A stretch of 64,000 nt of DNA from Ignavibacteria bacterium (GTDB lineage Bacteria; Bacteroidota; Ignavibacteria; Kapaibacteriales; Kapaibacteriaceae): the NCBI GenBank assembly GCA_947459875.1, contig CANHFG010000003.1, positions 162-64,161 of the forward strand, in the 5' to 3' direction. Of this stretch, positions 1 through 14,100 are shown piece by piece. The notes beneath the pieces are model-generated. The model was not told where the DNA came from. It did no database searches and saw only the letters and a list, made by a program, of their open reading frames with translations. Position 1 is the stretch's first letter. The number at the start of each line of letters is the position of its first letter. Position numbers and translations under genes: made by a program.

Positions 1-2082
1 GTTGAACGTGCCGCCAGTTGCTCCGATCGTCGTCGTACCCGTGCCGACCGTGCTGATGTCCACGTTTCCGTTGTTGCTCAACACCAGCTGCGTGGCGCTA
101 CCCGTGTTGAACGTCAGCGTGCCACCTGCACCCGTGCGCACGAAGCGCGACGAGGTGATGGCGTTAGCACCGTCCGACGAGGCACCGAGACGGTACTGAC
201 CCGAGGCATACTGTACGCCTTCGTTGGCTGTGCCCGTGAGCGTCGTGACGCGAACCTGGTTGCTGCCGTTAAGAGTCAGCATTCTGGTTGGTCCGGCGTC
301 GGTAGCCACACCACCCATGATGATGTTTCCGGTTGTTCCCGCATTAAGTGTGACAGATGTTGCACCGGCTGCCGTATTACCGATCGTCGTGTTCTTCGTT
401 CCAGTAGTGTTGATAGCCGTCGTACCCCGAACCGTCATACCAGCGGCACCATCTGCAACAATTGTCAGATCGCCATCGGTGAGGTCAAAACGTGCTTCAT
501 TTGTGCCATTACTAGCAGTGATAACGATTCCGCTGACGTCGAATCCCATCGTACGCTCAATCGATGAACCCTGGTTCCAGGCAAAAGCTGCCGATGTCGG
601 ATCCATCGTTACCGATGTCTTTGTGACACCACCAGTGGTTTCAAGGAGAATGTTCGCACCCTTCACTTCTGTGACACCGTTTACGGTGAACTTGCGTCCG
701 GTGCCTGGAGCCAAAGACACATTGCCATTCGACTGGAGGACGTTGCCAGCAAACGTCGAAGTAGTTCCGGTAATGCCGAGTACTGTTCCTCCGACTGGCG
801 TGATAAACTTCAGGAACTTGCCGCGGCTATCAATCCCTTCGGGATCCATGGAAATGAACGACAGGTCCGACGTAGCAAAGTCATTTGTTTCTAGAAGGAT
901 CTCGTTGCTTCCAGCATCGATCGAGATTGTCTGCTCGGCGTTGTTTGGCTGGATCGAGAACGCGTTCTGATTCATCGTCAGCTCCATAGGCCCAGTAGAA
1001 GGCCCGGCACTGACGGTAAAGATGTTCGCTGCTGCAGTGATGTTGCCGTTTTCAGTACCAATCGTTGTGTTGGCACTACCCGTCGTGTTGATGCGGGTAG
1101 GACCCGTAACCGTCACGAACCCTGGACTTGCCGAATTGAGATTAACTCCAAATCCAGCTCCTGCAGTGCCCCCTTCGAAGTAGGCAATCGTTGATGCGCC
1201 ACCATTGGTGGTGTAGATCAGGTCATTGCCATTGAGGTTGATATAGCGATCGCTCAGCAGTGGATTGGCTGTCGTCGTCGTCGATCCTAGCCGCATCCGT
1301 CCATTCGACGCCTCGTTATAGGTGATGCCTGCCTCTGCTCCGAGCAGATCCGCTAGGGAACGACGCTTAACGACATTCGACGGAGAGGGGGCGATCAGCA
1401 CTACATCATCGGTAAATGTTCCATTTGAGTTCAGACCCGCGATCGTCACTGACTGACCGGTAGCGTCGATGTTCAATGCACCGTTAACATTGATCACATC
1501 TGTGGCTGAAGCGTTGCCAAGGTTTGTGTTGCCTTGGACGGTAAGGTTGCCGGTGGTAACAAAGTTGCCAGAACCATCAAGCGTTGCACCAGAGGATGCA
1601 ACCCACTGACTCGTGGCATTATTGTACCGAAGGATGGCATCCGAGGAGCCTGTTGGGAGGTTGAAGCGTAGCTCCCCACCAGCATTGGTGATCACGATGC
1701 CACCAAGCCCCGTTGGGGTCAGCTGCTCGTATGATCCGCCCGTAGTCCCAAGTACCAACTTCCCGACGTTCATGTTGAGCGTCTCAACAAGTCCGTTGGA
1801 ATTGGACACAAGGATCCGATTCGGTTCGAGCGTGGCGTTCGGCGATACAAGCAGGTAGCCACTCGCATCGGGCAGAGCGTACGTCCGCGCGCCCGTCAGC
1901 ACAGGAACTTGCAATGTGCCTGTGAACGCCGCGTTGATATTCGCTCCCCGTAGGATCAGGTTGCGGGTACCCACATCCTGACCGAACGATGTCGCCACCG
2001 AGAGTGCTGTAGCAGCAATCGCCAGTGAAAGGAAGATTCGCTTCATAGTCATTTGACCTTGTGTAATCAATTTCTTCTTCAT
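1..2082 (-). CDS. Large repetitive surface fibre/adhesin-like protein, N-terminal ~690 aa only (gene continues beyond the left edge); paralog of the adjacent 4127-aa gene
   Basis: My own minus-strand translation gives an uninterrupted frame from nt 1 to ATG 2082 (in-frame alternatives at 2052 and 2046). The N-terminus MKKKLITQGQMTMKRIFLSLAIAATALSVATSFGQ looks like a signal peptide. It contains ITYNEASNGRMRLGSTTTTANPLLSDRYINLNGNDLIYTTNGG and GVQYASGQYRLGASSDGANAITSSRFV modules like the giant ORF. It is missing from the ORF track because no stop lies in the window. Confidence 0.75.
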   Translation of the reverse strand, partial: MKKKLITQGQMTMKRIFLSLAIAATALSVATSFGQDVGTRNLILRGANINAAFTGTLQVPVLTGARTYALPDASGYLLVSPNATLEPNRILVSNSNGLVETLNMNVGKLVLGTTGGSYEQLTPTGLGGIVITNAGGELRFNLPTGSSDAILRYNNATSQWVASSGATLDGSGNFVTTGNLTVQGNTNLGNASATDVINVNGALNIDATGQSVTIAGLNSNGTFTDDVVLIAPSPSNVVKRRSLADLLGAEAGITYNEASNGRMRLGSTTTTANPLLSDRYINLNGNDLIYTTNGGASTIAYFEGGTAGAGFGVNLNSASPGFVTVTGPTRINTTGSANTTIGTENGNITAAANIFTVSAGPSTGPMELTMNQNAFSIQPNNAEQTISIDAGSNEILLETNDFATSDLSFISMDPEGIDSRGKFLKFITPVGGTVLGITGTTSTFAGNVLQSNGNVSLAPGTGRKFTVNGVTEVKGANILLETTGGVTKTSVTMDPTSAAFAWNQGSSIERTMGFDVSGIVITASNGTNEARFDLTDGDLTIVADGAAGMTVRGTTAINTTGTKNTTIGNTAAGATSVTLNAGTTGNIIMGGVATDAGPTRMLTLNGSNQVRVTTLTGTANEGVQYASGQYRLGASSDGANAITSSRFVRTGAGGTLTFNTGSATQLVLSNNGNVDISTVGTGTTTIGATGGTFN

Positions 2083-2111
2083 TGCAGTGTCCCCCCGGTT
2101 TCCCAACACGA

Positions 2112-5100
2112 TCACTGGTTAACGACCATGACATTCACGACAACCGTCTCACCACCAAGAAGTGGCTGTGAGAAGTAAACGTCGATAGTGCCAGGGACAA
2201 TATTGCCGCCGCCATCCTTCGGTCGCTTGATCTGATGCGATAGGATGCCAGGGCCGGTATAGTCTTCGACCGTGATGATCACGACCGAGTTAGCATTGAA
2301 TTGACTGTTCGTAATCGAGTACTTGAAGTTGCCATCGCCATTGATACGAACACGCTCTGCGTACTTGTTCGAGGCTGCCGCGCTGTTCAGCCGTTCAACG
2401 CCAGCACCACGAACCTGTCCAGTCACAGTCAGGTTGTTGTCAATTGTCGTTGCGCCCGAAACAGTGAGCAGATCATCTACGAAGACCGCTCCACCATTGT
2501 CAGTGCCAGCATCTGTGATCGTGCCGGCCGTTGAAATGTTCAAGTTCGACGAGGCCAGTGAGAAGTTACCGGTTGTGTTGATCGCGATTGCATCGGCATC
2601 GCCATTTCCGATGTTTGCCGCACCATTGAGGTTCGTCGTTCCGGTAACGGCCGCGTTTTGCGACACCGACAGGCTACCGTTGGTTGTGACCGTATTACCG
2701 GCACCAGGGTTGATCGCAACATCGCCGCTGCGCGTCAGGCCCGTCTCGGCAACTGTCAGATCGGCTGCTGCACCCGTGTTCACCGTCACGACATCACCAT
2801 CACCGTTGCCGATGTTGGTGTTGCCGTTGAGATTCGATGTGCCGGCAACTGTTGCATTCTGCGACACCGATAGGCTGCCGTTGGTCGTAACCGTATTGCC
2901 TGCACCAGGGTTGATCGCAACATCGCCGCTGCGCGTCAGGCCCGTCTCGGCAACTGTCAGATCGGCTGCTGCACCCGTGTTCACCGTCACGACATCACCA
3001 TCACCGTTACCGATGTTGGTATTGCCGTTCAGATTGGCCGTCGCATTGACTGACAGCGTCGAACCCGTCATGTTGACGATCGTTCCCGATGTTGTCGTGA
3101 AGTTCAGATTCCGGTTGTCGATGTTCACAAAGCGGTCCGACGTGAATGGGACCTCTGTGCTCGTTGCACCACCAAGCTTGTACTTGCCAGCGTCATAGAT
3201 AACGCCCTGTTCGGCTGTGCTGCTCAGTGTTGTCTTACGAACCGAACCACCTGCGTTCAAGGTCAACATCTGTGTTGGTGTGGCATCCGTATCAATGTTT
3301 TGCAGAACAAGATCACCACCTGGATTGAGCGTGATGTTGTTCACGCCGCTTGATGCTACCGAAACGGCACCGCCATTGGTGGAGTTACCGACAGTTGTCG
3401 ACCCAACGCCAGTTGCGTTAATCGTGGTAGCACCCTGGATGTCTGTGACACCCTTGATCGTGACTTGGTCGGCTGTCGTGCTGTTACCAAGTGTGGAGTT
3501 GCCGTTAACGGTGAGATTGTTGTTGATCAGCGTGTTGCCTGTCACATTGACGGCACCGTCCGTAAGCTCAATCTCCGATGTGCCGACTCCCGAAGTGCTT
3601 GCCGTGATGATCAGGCCACCGTTGTCTGCGCCGATTGAACGCTCTGACGTGGCACCCTGATTCCAGGCCAGTGCCATTGCACTGTTACTCATCGTGAGCG
3701 ATGTTTTCGTACCGGCACCGGTCGTCTCGAGGAGGATATTCGCTCCCTTGACCGTTGTCTCACCGGTGATAGTTGTCTTACCGGTGATATCGATGAGGTC
3801 AGTTGATGCATTACCGAGGATCGTGTTACCCTTGACTTGCAGGTCTCCCTCTGTAATGATGTTGCCCGCAGATGCATTCATCGTGATGTTCGAAGCGCCC
3901 GCAGCTCCGATTCTTACATCACCGTTGAAGCCAGCAGCACCGCTCACAAGGAGTGCATCATCAACAAACACTGCACCGCCATTGTCGGCACTTACATCTG
4001 TTATCGTTCCCGCCGTTGAGATGTTCAAGCCAGATGAAGCAAGTGAGAAGTTTCCTGACGTATTGATCGAAATCGCATCCGCATCACCGTTCCCGATGTT
4101 TGCAGCACCGTTGAGGTTCGTTGTGCCAGTGACGGTGAGATTATTCGCAGCAGAGATGTTGCCGCTGACGTTGACCGCTGAGCCACGCAGTGTCAGCACC
4201 TTTGCGGTGTTGCCAATAGTCGTGCTTCCAGAGACCGTGTTGTCTGAATTGATCAGAACATCAGTCGTTGCATCAATGGTAATGGTGCCTGGGTCGACCA
4301 AAATGTCGCCACTTTCTGCGCCACTGATTGCTGTGGCTTGGATTCCTCCAGTGGCGTTGTTAACGTAAAACGCTGTGTTGCCACCATTAGCGGTAACCGT
4401 AAAGGTATTCGTGCCTACGTTCGAGGTAACCGCGCCGCCTGAATGATTGACCGCTCCATTTACATTTATGGTCGATCCGTTCAGGTTGAGGATGTTGCTG
4501 AGGTTACCCACGCCAGTCGCCCCAGCACCTGCTGTGGTGTTGATATTAGTCGTTCCACGAACCGTTGTTACCCCATTGATAGCAATGTTCCCTTCATCAA
4601 GAGACAACATTGAAAGAGGAGCAGCTACGCCGTCTGTGTACGTAAAATTCAGTGCGAAGTTTCGCTGATTAATGAACCTGTCACTCTGGAAGAGTTGCTT
4701 GTTGTTCGCATTAGCACCTAGTCGCAACTTTCCGTCGGTATTCGTCTCATTGTAGGAGAGGCCCTGTTCGGCACCAATAACGTCAGCAAATGAACGCCGG
4801 CGAACAACATTCGTCGTTGTCGTGATCAGCATGACGTCGTCCGGTGTAGCTCCCGTGACAGAGCCTGCAGGCAGGCCGCCGACTGTGAGGCTATTGCCCG
4901 CACCGCTGACATCAAGAAGAACAGCCCCATTCGACTGAGATAGTGACCCACTCATCGTTGTCGCACCGATGACATCTAGCCCGGAATTCGCATCAACGTT
5001 ACCGTTGAACGTTACCTGGCCGGCTGACTGTGTCAACGAGCCGGTTAGTGTTGTTGCGCCGTTTACACCAATTGCGGATCCCGTAAGGGTCAATGCACCT

Positions 5101-8100
5101 GTGGCATTGCCGATGCTGGTGGCGCTGGTCGTTGTTGTGTTAACGTTTGTCGTTCCACGGACTGTCAAAGCTCCGTCGAGATCAACCACACCATTCTTAA
5201 GAGCCAGCATCGTAGACGTAGTCGCACCATTCAACCAGGTAAACTCAATGCCGTTACCGCCTTGATTAATGAAGCGATCACCGCCCAGAACTGAGTTAGC
5301 TGCAGCCGACCCCTTGGTTGACGAACCGAGGCGCATACGACCGTTCGATGCCTCATTGTACGTGATACCCCATTCACCGCCAATTAGATCTGCAAGTGAG
5401 CGACGACGTACGACATCACTGCCGTTGATCAGAAGGACATCATCTGCGAAAGTACCTGTTGCGCTGAGGCCACGAATCGTCATGCTGCCGTTTGTAGGCG
5501 TACCGCGAAGATCAATCGTCATGTTATCGCCAACACGTCCTGTGTTTTGACGACCGATAAACGAACTTCCATCCAGACGCATACCAGCAGGAGCAATTTC
5601 AAGTTCAACCGAAGGGGCTACCCTATCGTTCGCAGTGATGATCGTAGCATACGACGATGGGTCGATGGCCAGCGTAGCTTCACCAGAGGCACCATCATCA
5701 TACGTCAGCTGCGTACCAATAGCCGTCATGTTGAAGGTCATCTTCTGGGCTGTACCGACATTGAATTCGATGCTTTCCGAGTTGCCGGCTGTCACCGTGG
5801 TGTTTCCTGTGACGTCCAGTCCATTCTTCGCATCAACATTTCCGTTGAGAGTCACCTGGTTAACAGCTCCCGTCTGTGTCATAGCACCATTAATGGTCGT
5901 AGCACCAGTTATCGACGTCGCACCGGTGATCGACGTCACTGCCGTAATGTTCACGTTGTCAAGCGTGGCATTGTTTCCGAGGGTTGTGTTGCCCTGAACG
6001 CTGACGTTGTTTGGCATGGTGACCGTCGTACCGTTCAGGTTGATCAATGTTCCGCCGTTGGTCGTAAAGCTCAGATTCTTGTCACTGACGTTTACGAAAC
6101 GATCTGACGTCAGCGGAACTTGTGTCGCATTCGTGCCACCGAGCATGTACTTGCCGTTTGCGAACATCACTCCTTGTTCCGCAGTACCAGACATGTCCGT
6201 GCGGCGCACTTGACCGGTACCGGTCAGGGTCAGCATCTGCGTTGGAACTGCGTCAGCGTCAATACCCTGGAGAACGAGGTCACCGCCAGCTTCGATCGTG
6301 ATGTTGTTCGCACCCGCAGAGGCGATCGAGACCGATCCTCCGGTTGCGGTGCTTCCGATGGATGTCGACCCGGCACCTGTCGTGTTGATCGTGGTAGCAC
6401 CGGTGATCGATGTTGCACCGGTGACCGTTAGATCGTCGGCGATCTCGACAGGACCAACGTTGTCGGCGATCACACCTGTGTTGGATATCGTCAGGTTTGA
6501 CGATGCCAGCGAGAACGATCCGGTGGTGTTGATAGCAATGGCGTCGGCATCACCGTTGCCGATGTTCACAGCACCATTCAGGTTCGATGTGCCGTTGAGG
6601 GTTGTTACTCCAGCAACCGTCGTGTTGCCCGTCACTGTCGTATTTCCTGCAACAGTGAGATTGCCATCCGTAGCGACGTTGTTACCTACTCCAGGATTGA
6701 TGGCAATCGAACCAGAGCGGGTCAGCCCCGTCTCAGAAATGATCAGGTTGGCAGCAACTCCGGTATTGACCGTGATGACGTCACCATCACCATTGCCAAG
6801 ATTCGTAGCTCCATTGAGGTTCGACACGCCGTTGAGCGTAGTGGTTCCGGTTACCGTAAGGTTGTTGTTAGCTGTGACATTACCGGTGACGTCAACTGCC
6901 GAGCCAACGAGAGTCAGCAACGCAGATGTGTTGCCGATGGAGGTGGCTGAAGTATTAGATGTGTTGATCGTCGTTGTTCCACGCACGTCAACGGTAGAAC
7001 CACTCATCGAAAGTGGGTTTGAGGTGTTCCCTATCGTCGTTACGCCTGAACCGGCCGACGAGTTGATGTTCGTTGTGCCAGCGATTTGCACAGTTCCCGA
7101 ACCGCCGGAAGCACGGAGATTGACGCCACTGTTTGCGCCACCAACCACCTGAAGAGGTGTTTGTGTGCCCGCGTTGGCCGTAATGGAGAGGTTGTTGTTG
7201 TCAACATTGACGAAACGATTCGTCAAGAACGGGACGTCTGTAGCGGTTTCAGCACCGAGACGGTACTGGCCGCTTGCAAAGCTGACACCCTGACGAGCCG
7301 TGCCAGGAAGAGACGTGCGGCGAACCTGATTGGATCCGTTGATCGTAAGCACTTCCGTTGGGACAGCATCAGTAGCCAGCCCGTTCATGACAATGTTGCC
7401 GCTCGCAGAGCCAGCGCTGATCGTCACCGTCGATGCATTTGCACCGTTGTTACCGATGGTCGTACTTCCCGATCCAGTTGCATTGATTGAGGCGGTTGAT
7501 CCTGTCAGTGAAACAGTGCTGGATCCATTACCGATGGATGTAGCAGGCTGCCCGGCAGATGTGTTGATCGACGTCGCACCAATGATTCGCGTCGTCCCGG
7601 TGATCGTCGTCGTGCCGGTTGATTGAATATCGATGTCGCCATCAAGCTGCGTCTCTACCGTGGCAGATGTCCCACCCGGCAGGTCGAAAGAATAGAGTGT
7701 CGCTTCTGTTGGCGTTAGAGACAGGCCATTTTCCTGGTTAAGAGCAGCCCCCTTCGAGAAGAGACTAGTCACACCTGAAGCTGAGTTCATTGAGAAAGCC
7801 ATGCCGCTAGCCACGGCACCATCAGTTGTGACGTTGAAGTCACGACCAGGACCTGGTGTGAATGTCACATCGCCACCCGTCTGAGAAAATCGACCCGTTA
7901 CATTAACGGAAGATCCACGAAGATTCAGCACGCCCGTAGTGTTACCGATGGAGGTTGCTGCAGTACCGGCGACGTTGATGTTTGTTCCACCGTTGATCGT
8001 GATTAGTCCCGTTCCTGCGGCGTTGATCGTTGCGCCGTATCCACCGGCACCTCCGTCAAGCGTCAGAACATTTGCTGCACCGCTGGTAAAGTTCAGATCG

Positions 8101-11100
8101 AAGTTTCCGAGACTGACAAACCGGTTGCTCGTCAGGGGGCTCACGCCGTTCGTAACAGAACCGAGGCGCATTTTGCCCGAACCACCCTCGTCATACGTGA
8201 TGCCTTCGTCTGCACCAAGGATGCTTGCAAGTGGCGTACGCGAAACGACGTTTGTTCCATTGATCATGAGCAGATCAGCGCCTGGTGTTGTGCCCAGACC
8301 GATCATGCGGAGGGTGCTGCCAGTGACATTTGCCGTGACGGCATCGCCACCGATACCATCACCAAGGTTTACGGCGCCGTTGGCATTGAGCGTTCCGCGA
8401 ACGGATGTATTACCCGTGGCGGCGTTGACCGTGAAACGATCTGCGAACACTGCGAAGTTGCCCACCACATCCAGCTTCCGTGCCATTTCCACGTCGCCGG
8501 AGAACTGCACGAGGTCAGGTGTTGCCTGATAAAGCGTGCCCGAGAACTCAAGTCCTGAACCAGTGACGCGAAGCTCGCCTGACGAACCACCCGCAATATC
8601 TTCAGCAATGATCACAACATTCGTCGAGCTCGGATCGAGAACGACACCCATTTCCTGGGCCGCGTCCACGTACTTGAATGCACTAACCGAGGATGGTGCC
8701 AGGCTCAGGTATGAACCTGCGGTGACATCACCGACTCCATTGACGGCACCCGACTTCAGATCAATCTTGCCCGTGCCTTTTGAGCGAGCAGTGATGCCGT
8801 AGTTAGCTGTGCCCCCTGAGAGGGTCAACATGTCGTCGGCTGTATTTCCATTATTCGTGGTGAAGGTCAGTCGACCAGTCGTCCCAATGTCTACAAAGCG
8901 GTTGCCAGTGACGGGGTTCGTTCCGCGCGTCGCTGAACCAAGACGAATACGAGCGGCACCGCCTTCGTTGTACGAGACACCCTGATCTGCATCGATCAGA
9001 GACGTGATCGGTGTGCGCGACACAACATTGGTACCGTTGAGCATCATCACGTCGGTTCCTACAGCCGTGTTGATACCGGTCATCGTCATTTGGCTACCAG
9101 AGACGTTCACGGCAACTGCATCACCACCGTTACCGATGTTGACAGCGCCATTCATGTTCGCCGTACCGGTCAGAGTCGATGCGCCACCAACACTGAGGTT
9201 GCCATTCGTCGAGACGGTGAACGCCGCACCTGGATTGATCGCGATGTTACCAGTGCGTGTGAGGTTGCCCGCGCCGTCATCAGAGAGACTAGCATCAAGG
9301 ATGCCCGTTCCATTCGCGTCCCAACGGGTGAGACGGTTTGGCGTACCCGTACCAGTTACAATGTTGTTGATCTCACGCACCTGGAGTGCGCCGCCGGCTC
9401 CACGCATGATAAAGTTGTTGACCGTCGTTGTTGTCGGCAGGTTCGCCATCGTCACCGTTGCGGCATTCACCGTGAGGTTGTCTGCGGCAGCATCACCGAT
9501 CGTCGTGTTGCCATTAACGGCAAGAGACGACTGAAGTGTCGTAGCGCCAGTGACGTTGAGAGAATTATTGATGGTTGTTCCACCATTGATCGTGGTCGTT
9601 CCTCCGATCGTTACCGTTCCAGACTGCTGCGTAAGGTTACCGGTCAGTGTCGATGGACCGGCCACCGTCAATGCACCCGTTACATCCACGCCGCTGTTGG
9701 CGTCCACGTTGCCACTGAACGACACCTGACCGCCACCATTCTGCGTAACAGTTCCGGCGATCGTAGTGTTACCGGTGATCGTTGTGACACCGGTAACATT
9801 TGTCGGTCCGTTGAGCGCGATCGCACCTGTGCCACCTGCATTGATGGTAGCACCGTAGTTAACAGCTCCACCGTCCAGGACGACAATGTTGTTCGCTCCA
9901 CCACTCGTTGTAAATCGCAGATCGAAGTTGCCGAGATTGATATTTCGGTCAACTTGAAGCGTGTTGGCACCTGCACCATTGGTGACCGTTGAACCGAGTC
10001 GCACACGACCCGTTCCGTCGTCATTATATGTCAAACCCTGATCGGCATCGATCAGATTGGCAAAAGCCGAACGCGAAACAACGTTCGCGGCATTGATCAT
10101 CAGGATCTCGTTTCCGGGGACGGCTGGGAGGCCATTAATCCGGAGTGTACCTGCACCACCCGCAACGTCGATTACGACATTGTCACTCGTTCCGTCACCC
10201 ATGTTGACGTTGCCGTTCAGTGTCGCAGCACCGTTAACCGTCAGAGTACCGTTCACCGACGTATTGCCCGTAGCAGGTACTACCGAGAAGTTAGCGCCTC
10301 CAACCGTGAGGTTCTGACCAGTGACGTCGAGGCCATTAGTGACATCTACGTTACCATTAAAGGTGACCTGATTCGCCGCGCCTGTCTGAGCAATCGTCCC
10401 GGCGAATGTGCTCGCACCAGTGACATCGATACCGGAGTTAGCGTCGACATTCCCGTTCAGAGTAACCTGATTCGTAACACCGGTCTGTGTGAATGAGCTA
10501 TTGACTGTTGTTGGTCCATTTAGGCTAACGTTACCGCCCGTCTGAGTGAGCGATCCGTTCATCGTAGTCGCGCCCGTCACATCGACACCGCTGTTAGCGT
10601 CAACGTTACCATTGAATGTTACCTGACCGCCACTCTGCGTGTACGTTCCCGACTGCGTAGTGGCACCGGTTATGGACGTTGCTCCTGCAATGTTGGTCGT
10701 GCCGTTGATGGCCACAGAACCCGTACCAGCGGCGTTCATCGTGATACCGTAGTTGGCAACACCACCATCAAGGACCATGAGGTTCGCATTACCTCCATTG
10801 GTCGTGAAGGTCAGATCGTTTGCCGCCAAATTCACGAAACGATTTACGACAAGAGGCGAACCAAGTGTTGTGGTTGCACCAAGACGAACCGATCCCGTTC
10901 CACCTTCGTTGTATGTGATACCCTGATCTGCATTGATGAGTGCGGCGATCGGAGCGCGCGTGATAACGTTCGCTCCGTTGGCCATGAGAACGTCCGTACC
11001 TGCGACGTTCGGCAATCCGATCATCGTCATGACACCGCCACCGGCAGTATTGATGGTGACGTTATCGCCGGTGCCATCGCCAGCGACAACGTTGCCGCTG

Positions 11101-14100
11101 AGGGTTGACGAACCGGCAACATTCAATGTACTGTTGAATGTCGCTGCTCCATTAGCAGTGATCGAACCAGTCATCGATGTGTTGCCTGTCGCAGGGCTGA
11201 CGGTGAAGTTCGATCCACCGACCGTGAAGTTTGCGCCGGACACATCGAGACCATTGTTCGCATCAACATTCCCGCCGATGGTCACCTGGCCGCTTGCCTG
11301 AGTGAACGAACCAGTGACATTTGTAGCACCGGTCAGGGCAATGCTTCCCGTACCCGCAGCATTGATGGCGGCACCAAAGTTCGTGGCGTCGCCATCGAGC
11401 AAGAGAACCGTTGAATTGCCAGCGTTTGTCGTAAAGCGAAGATCGTTGTTGCCCATATTGACAAAACGATTGCCGGTCATCGTGGACGCCGTGTTGTTTA
11501 CCGCACCGAGGCGGACCTTTGCACTACCAGCCTCGTTATATGTCAGACCTTCATCGGCACCAACAAGCCCCGTGATCGGGAAGCGCGAAACTGCGTTCGT
11601 TGCACCGATCATGAGTACGTCTGCACCGGCCACGTTTGGTAGTCCATTCATGCTCAGTGCACCGCCACCTGCCGTGTTGATCGATACGTTGTCGCCATTA
11701 CCATCACCGGCAACGACATTGCCGCTCAGTGTTGCGCTTCCGACAACGGCCAGAGTGCTGTTGAGTGTGGCTGCTCCATTGGCTGTGAGCGTACCTGCCA
11801 TGGACGTGTTGCCATTGGCGGGATTGACAGTGAAGTTTGTTCCACCGACCGTGAGGTTGGCACCCGTGACATCAAGTCCGTTGTTCGCATCGACGTTTCC
11901 GCCGAAAGTTACCTGACCACCCGATTGCGTTACGGAATTTGTGATCGTTGTTGCGCCACCGATTGAAACCGTACCACCAGCCTGCGTGAGGTTGCCCGTC
12001 AGCGTCGTCAGACCGACGACGTCGACTCCTCCGTTAGCATCGACGTTTCCACCGAACGTCACCTGACCACCATTCTGCGTCAGCGTGCTGCTGAGCGTCG
12101 TGGCTCCCGTCACTCCAAGCGTACCGCCTACTGTAGCCGCACCACCGACGCTCAACCCAGTGCCAACCGTAGCGTTGTTCGTTGTGGTTACCGTGTTGAA
12201 CGTCACATTGCTCGTCGTGGCAATGTCCTGCGGCGTGCTGAGCGTGATGCTGCCTGCGCCGTTCGTTACCGCGATCTGGTTGGCTGTTCCCGTGATCGTT
12301 GCAATCTGAGGTGCAGCGCCAGTCGAGCCGATGAGGAGTTGGCCGTTTGTGAGAGTAACCGACTCGAGCTGGCCCGTTGCGTTCGTACGAACGGCCGCGT
12401 TAGCACCAAGTGGTGCCGCCGATGTTGAATAGATGGCCGTCGAAATCTCGAGGTTGCCCGTACCCGCATTACGAACAAGCACACCGCTTGACGATGTAGT
12501 GTTTCCAACGTTCGGGATCGCTACCGTGGCGGCGTTGATCCGCACCTGGTCGGCTGCTGCATCACCAAGTGTTGCATTTCCATTGACCGTGAGGTTACCG
12601 CCTGCTGACGAGAGAATGTTACTTGTTGGAACCCAAGCATTTGCTGCGGCATCCCAGCGAAGCGTCTGGTCCGACGTCGTTCCCGGCTGCGTCGTCGATG
12701 CGATGATGATATTTGGAGACGAGTACGTTACCGTCATCCCCGTACCGGCGACGATGTTGCCGACAGCCGGAGCCGTCGTAGCGCCCGTGCCAATGAGGAG
12801 CTGTCCGGCACCCTGCTGCGCACCTTCAACAATGCGGCCACCGCTGGATACCATTACACGGTTGTTGTTCAGAGCGGTCGATGAATTCGTACCGCCAAAC
12901 TGGATCGGAAGAACCCCTGACGAAATGCTCGATGCGTTCAGGTTTGTGATGAGCGATCCGTTCGCTGCAGGAAACTGCCCAAGGCTATTGAGCATGACGA
13001 TGTTGTTCGCTGTGTTAACGTTTACATCGCCCGCAATGAAGTTGTTGCGAAGAGCAGTGACCATGCGTGAACCCGCACCAGCTGCCGTAGAGAGCGTTGG
13101 TGATGGGTATGAGCCTGCCAGGTCGCCCGTTGCCGGACCTGACGGAGGAAGCGTCGTTGGGATAGTTCCCGGCGCAAGATCAATGACTGTCAGCGAGCCG
13201 TCGCCAACCTGCTCGGAACGCACAGCTCCGATGGCAATCTTCGGATTCGTTACTGCGAGATCGGCGATCTTAGGCGTCGTCACATTCAAGTCGAGGATCT
13301 TCGACGTTGTAACGGCGTTTGTCCGGATCAGAGGGTCCGGATAGGTTCCCGTGAGGTCGCCCCCTGCAGGAACGATGAATGGGAAGTTTGTAAGGGGCTG
13401 AACCGAGATCAAGGTAACACGACCTTTATCGTCAACCGTGATCCTTGGAACATTCAGGTTATCACCGTAGGTGCCGGCTGCGACACCTGTCGTGGAGAGC
13501 TTTGGAGTCGTCACGGCACCGTCGACGATCTTCGTCGTGGTGACAGCGTTATCGGTGATCTTCGTCGTCGTCACGGCACCATCAACAATCTTCGGAGTGG
13601 TGATCGCACCATCGGCGATCTTCGGTCCTGTAACAGCTCCAATGGCGATCGTTGGATTCGGATACGTACCCGTGAGGTCACCACCCGCTGGACCACGAGG
13701 CGGCAGCGATGTCGGAATAACACCAGGTGCGATCTTCGATGCCGTCACTGCCCCATCAACGATCTTGATCGTCGTGATGACACTGTCAACAAGTTTAGCT
13801 GTTGTAATCGTGCTATCGGCGATCTTGATCGCTGTTACAGCACCATCACGAATGTCGATCGTTGTGTTCGGGCCACTAGGGTTACCAATATCGATGGTCG
13901 ATTGAGGGCTTGCAAGGTTCTGAATCCCAACCAGCGTAATCGTCGACTCGATGTTGATCGTATCACCGGTGCGCGTTACAGCAACACCGTTTCGTCCAGC
14001 AATGACAAGGTTGCCCTCTGCCTGGTTCAACGAACGCACAAATCCGCGGGCGGATACGTTTACGCTATCGGCAATACCGGCACGTTCTGCGCGAACAGCG

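Noticed and set aside
2634-3035. I considered whether the near-identical 201-nt units, or other giant-gene repeats, form a diversity-generating retroelement template/variable repeat pair.
   Set aside because: Differences between the copies are not confined to adenine positions (G/A, G/C and T/C changes all occur). No reverse transcriptase gene is present in the window. The pattern fits tandem duplication or gene conversion.
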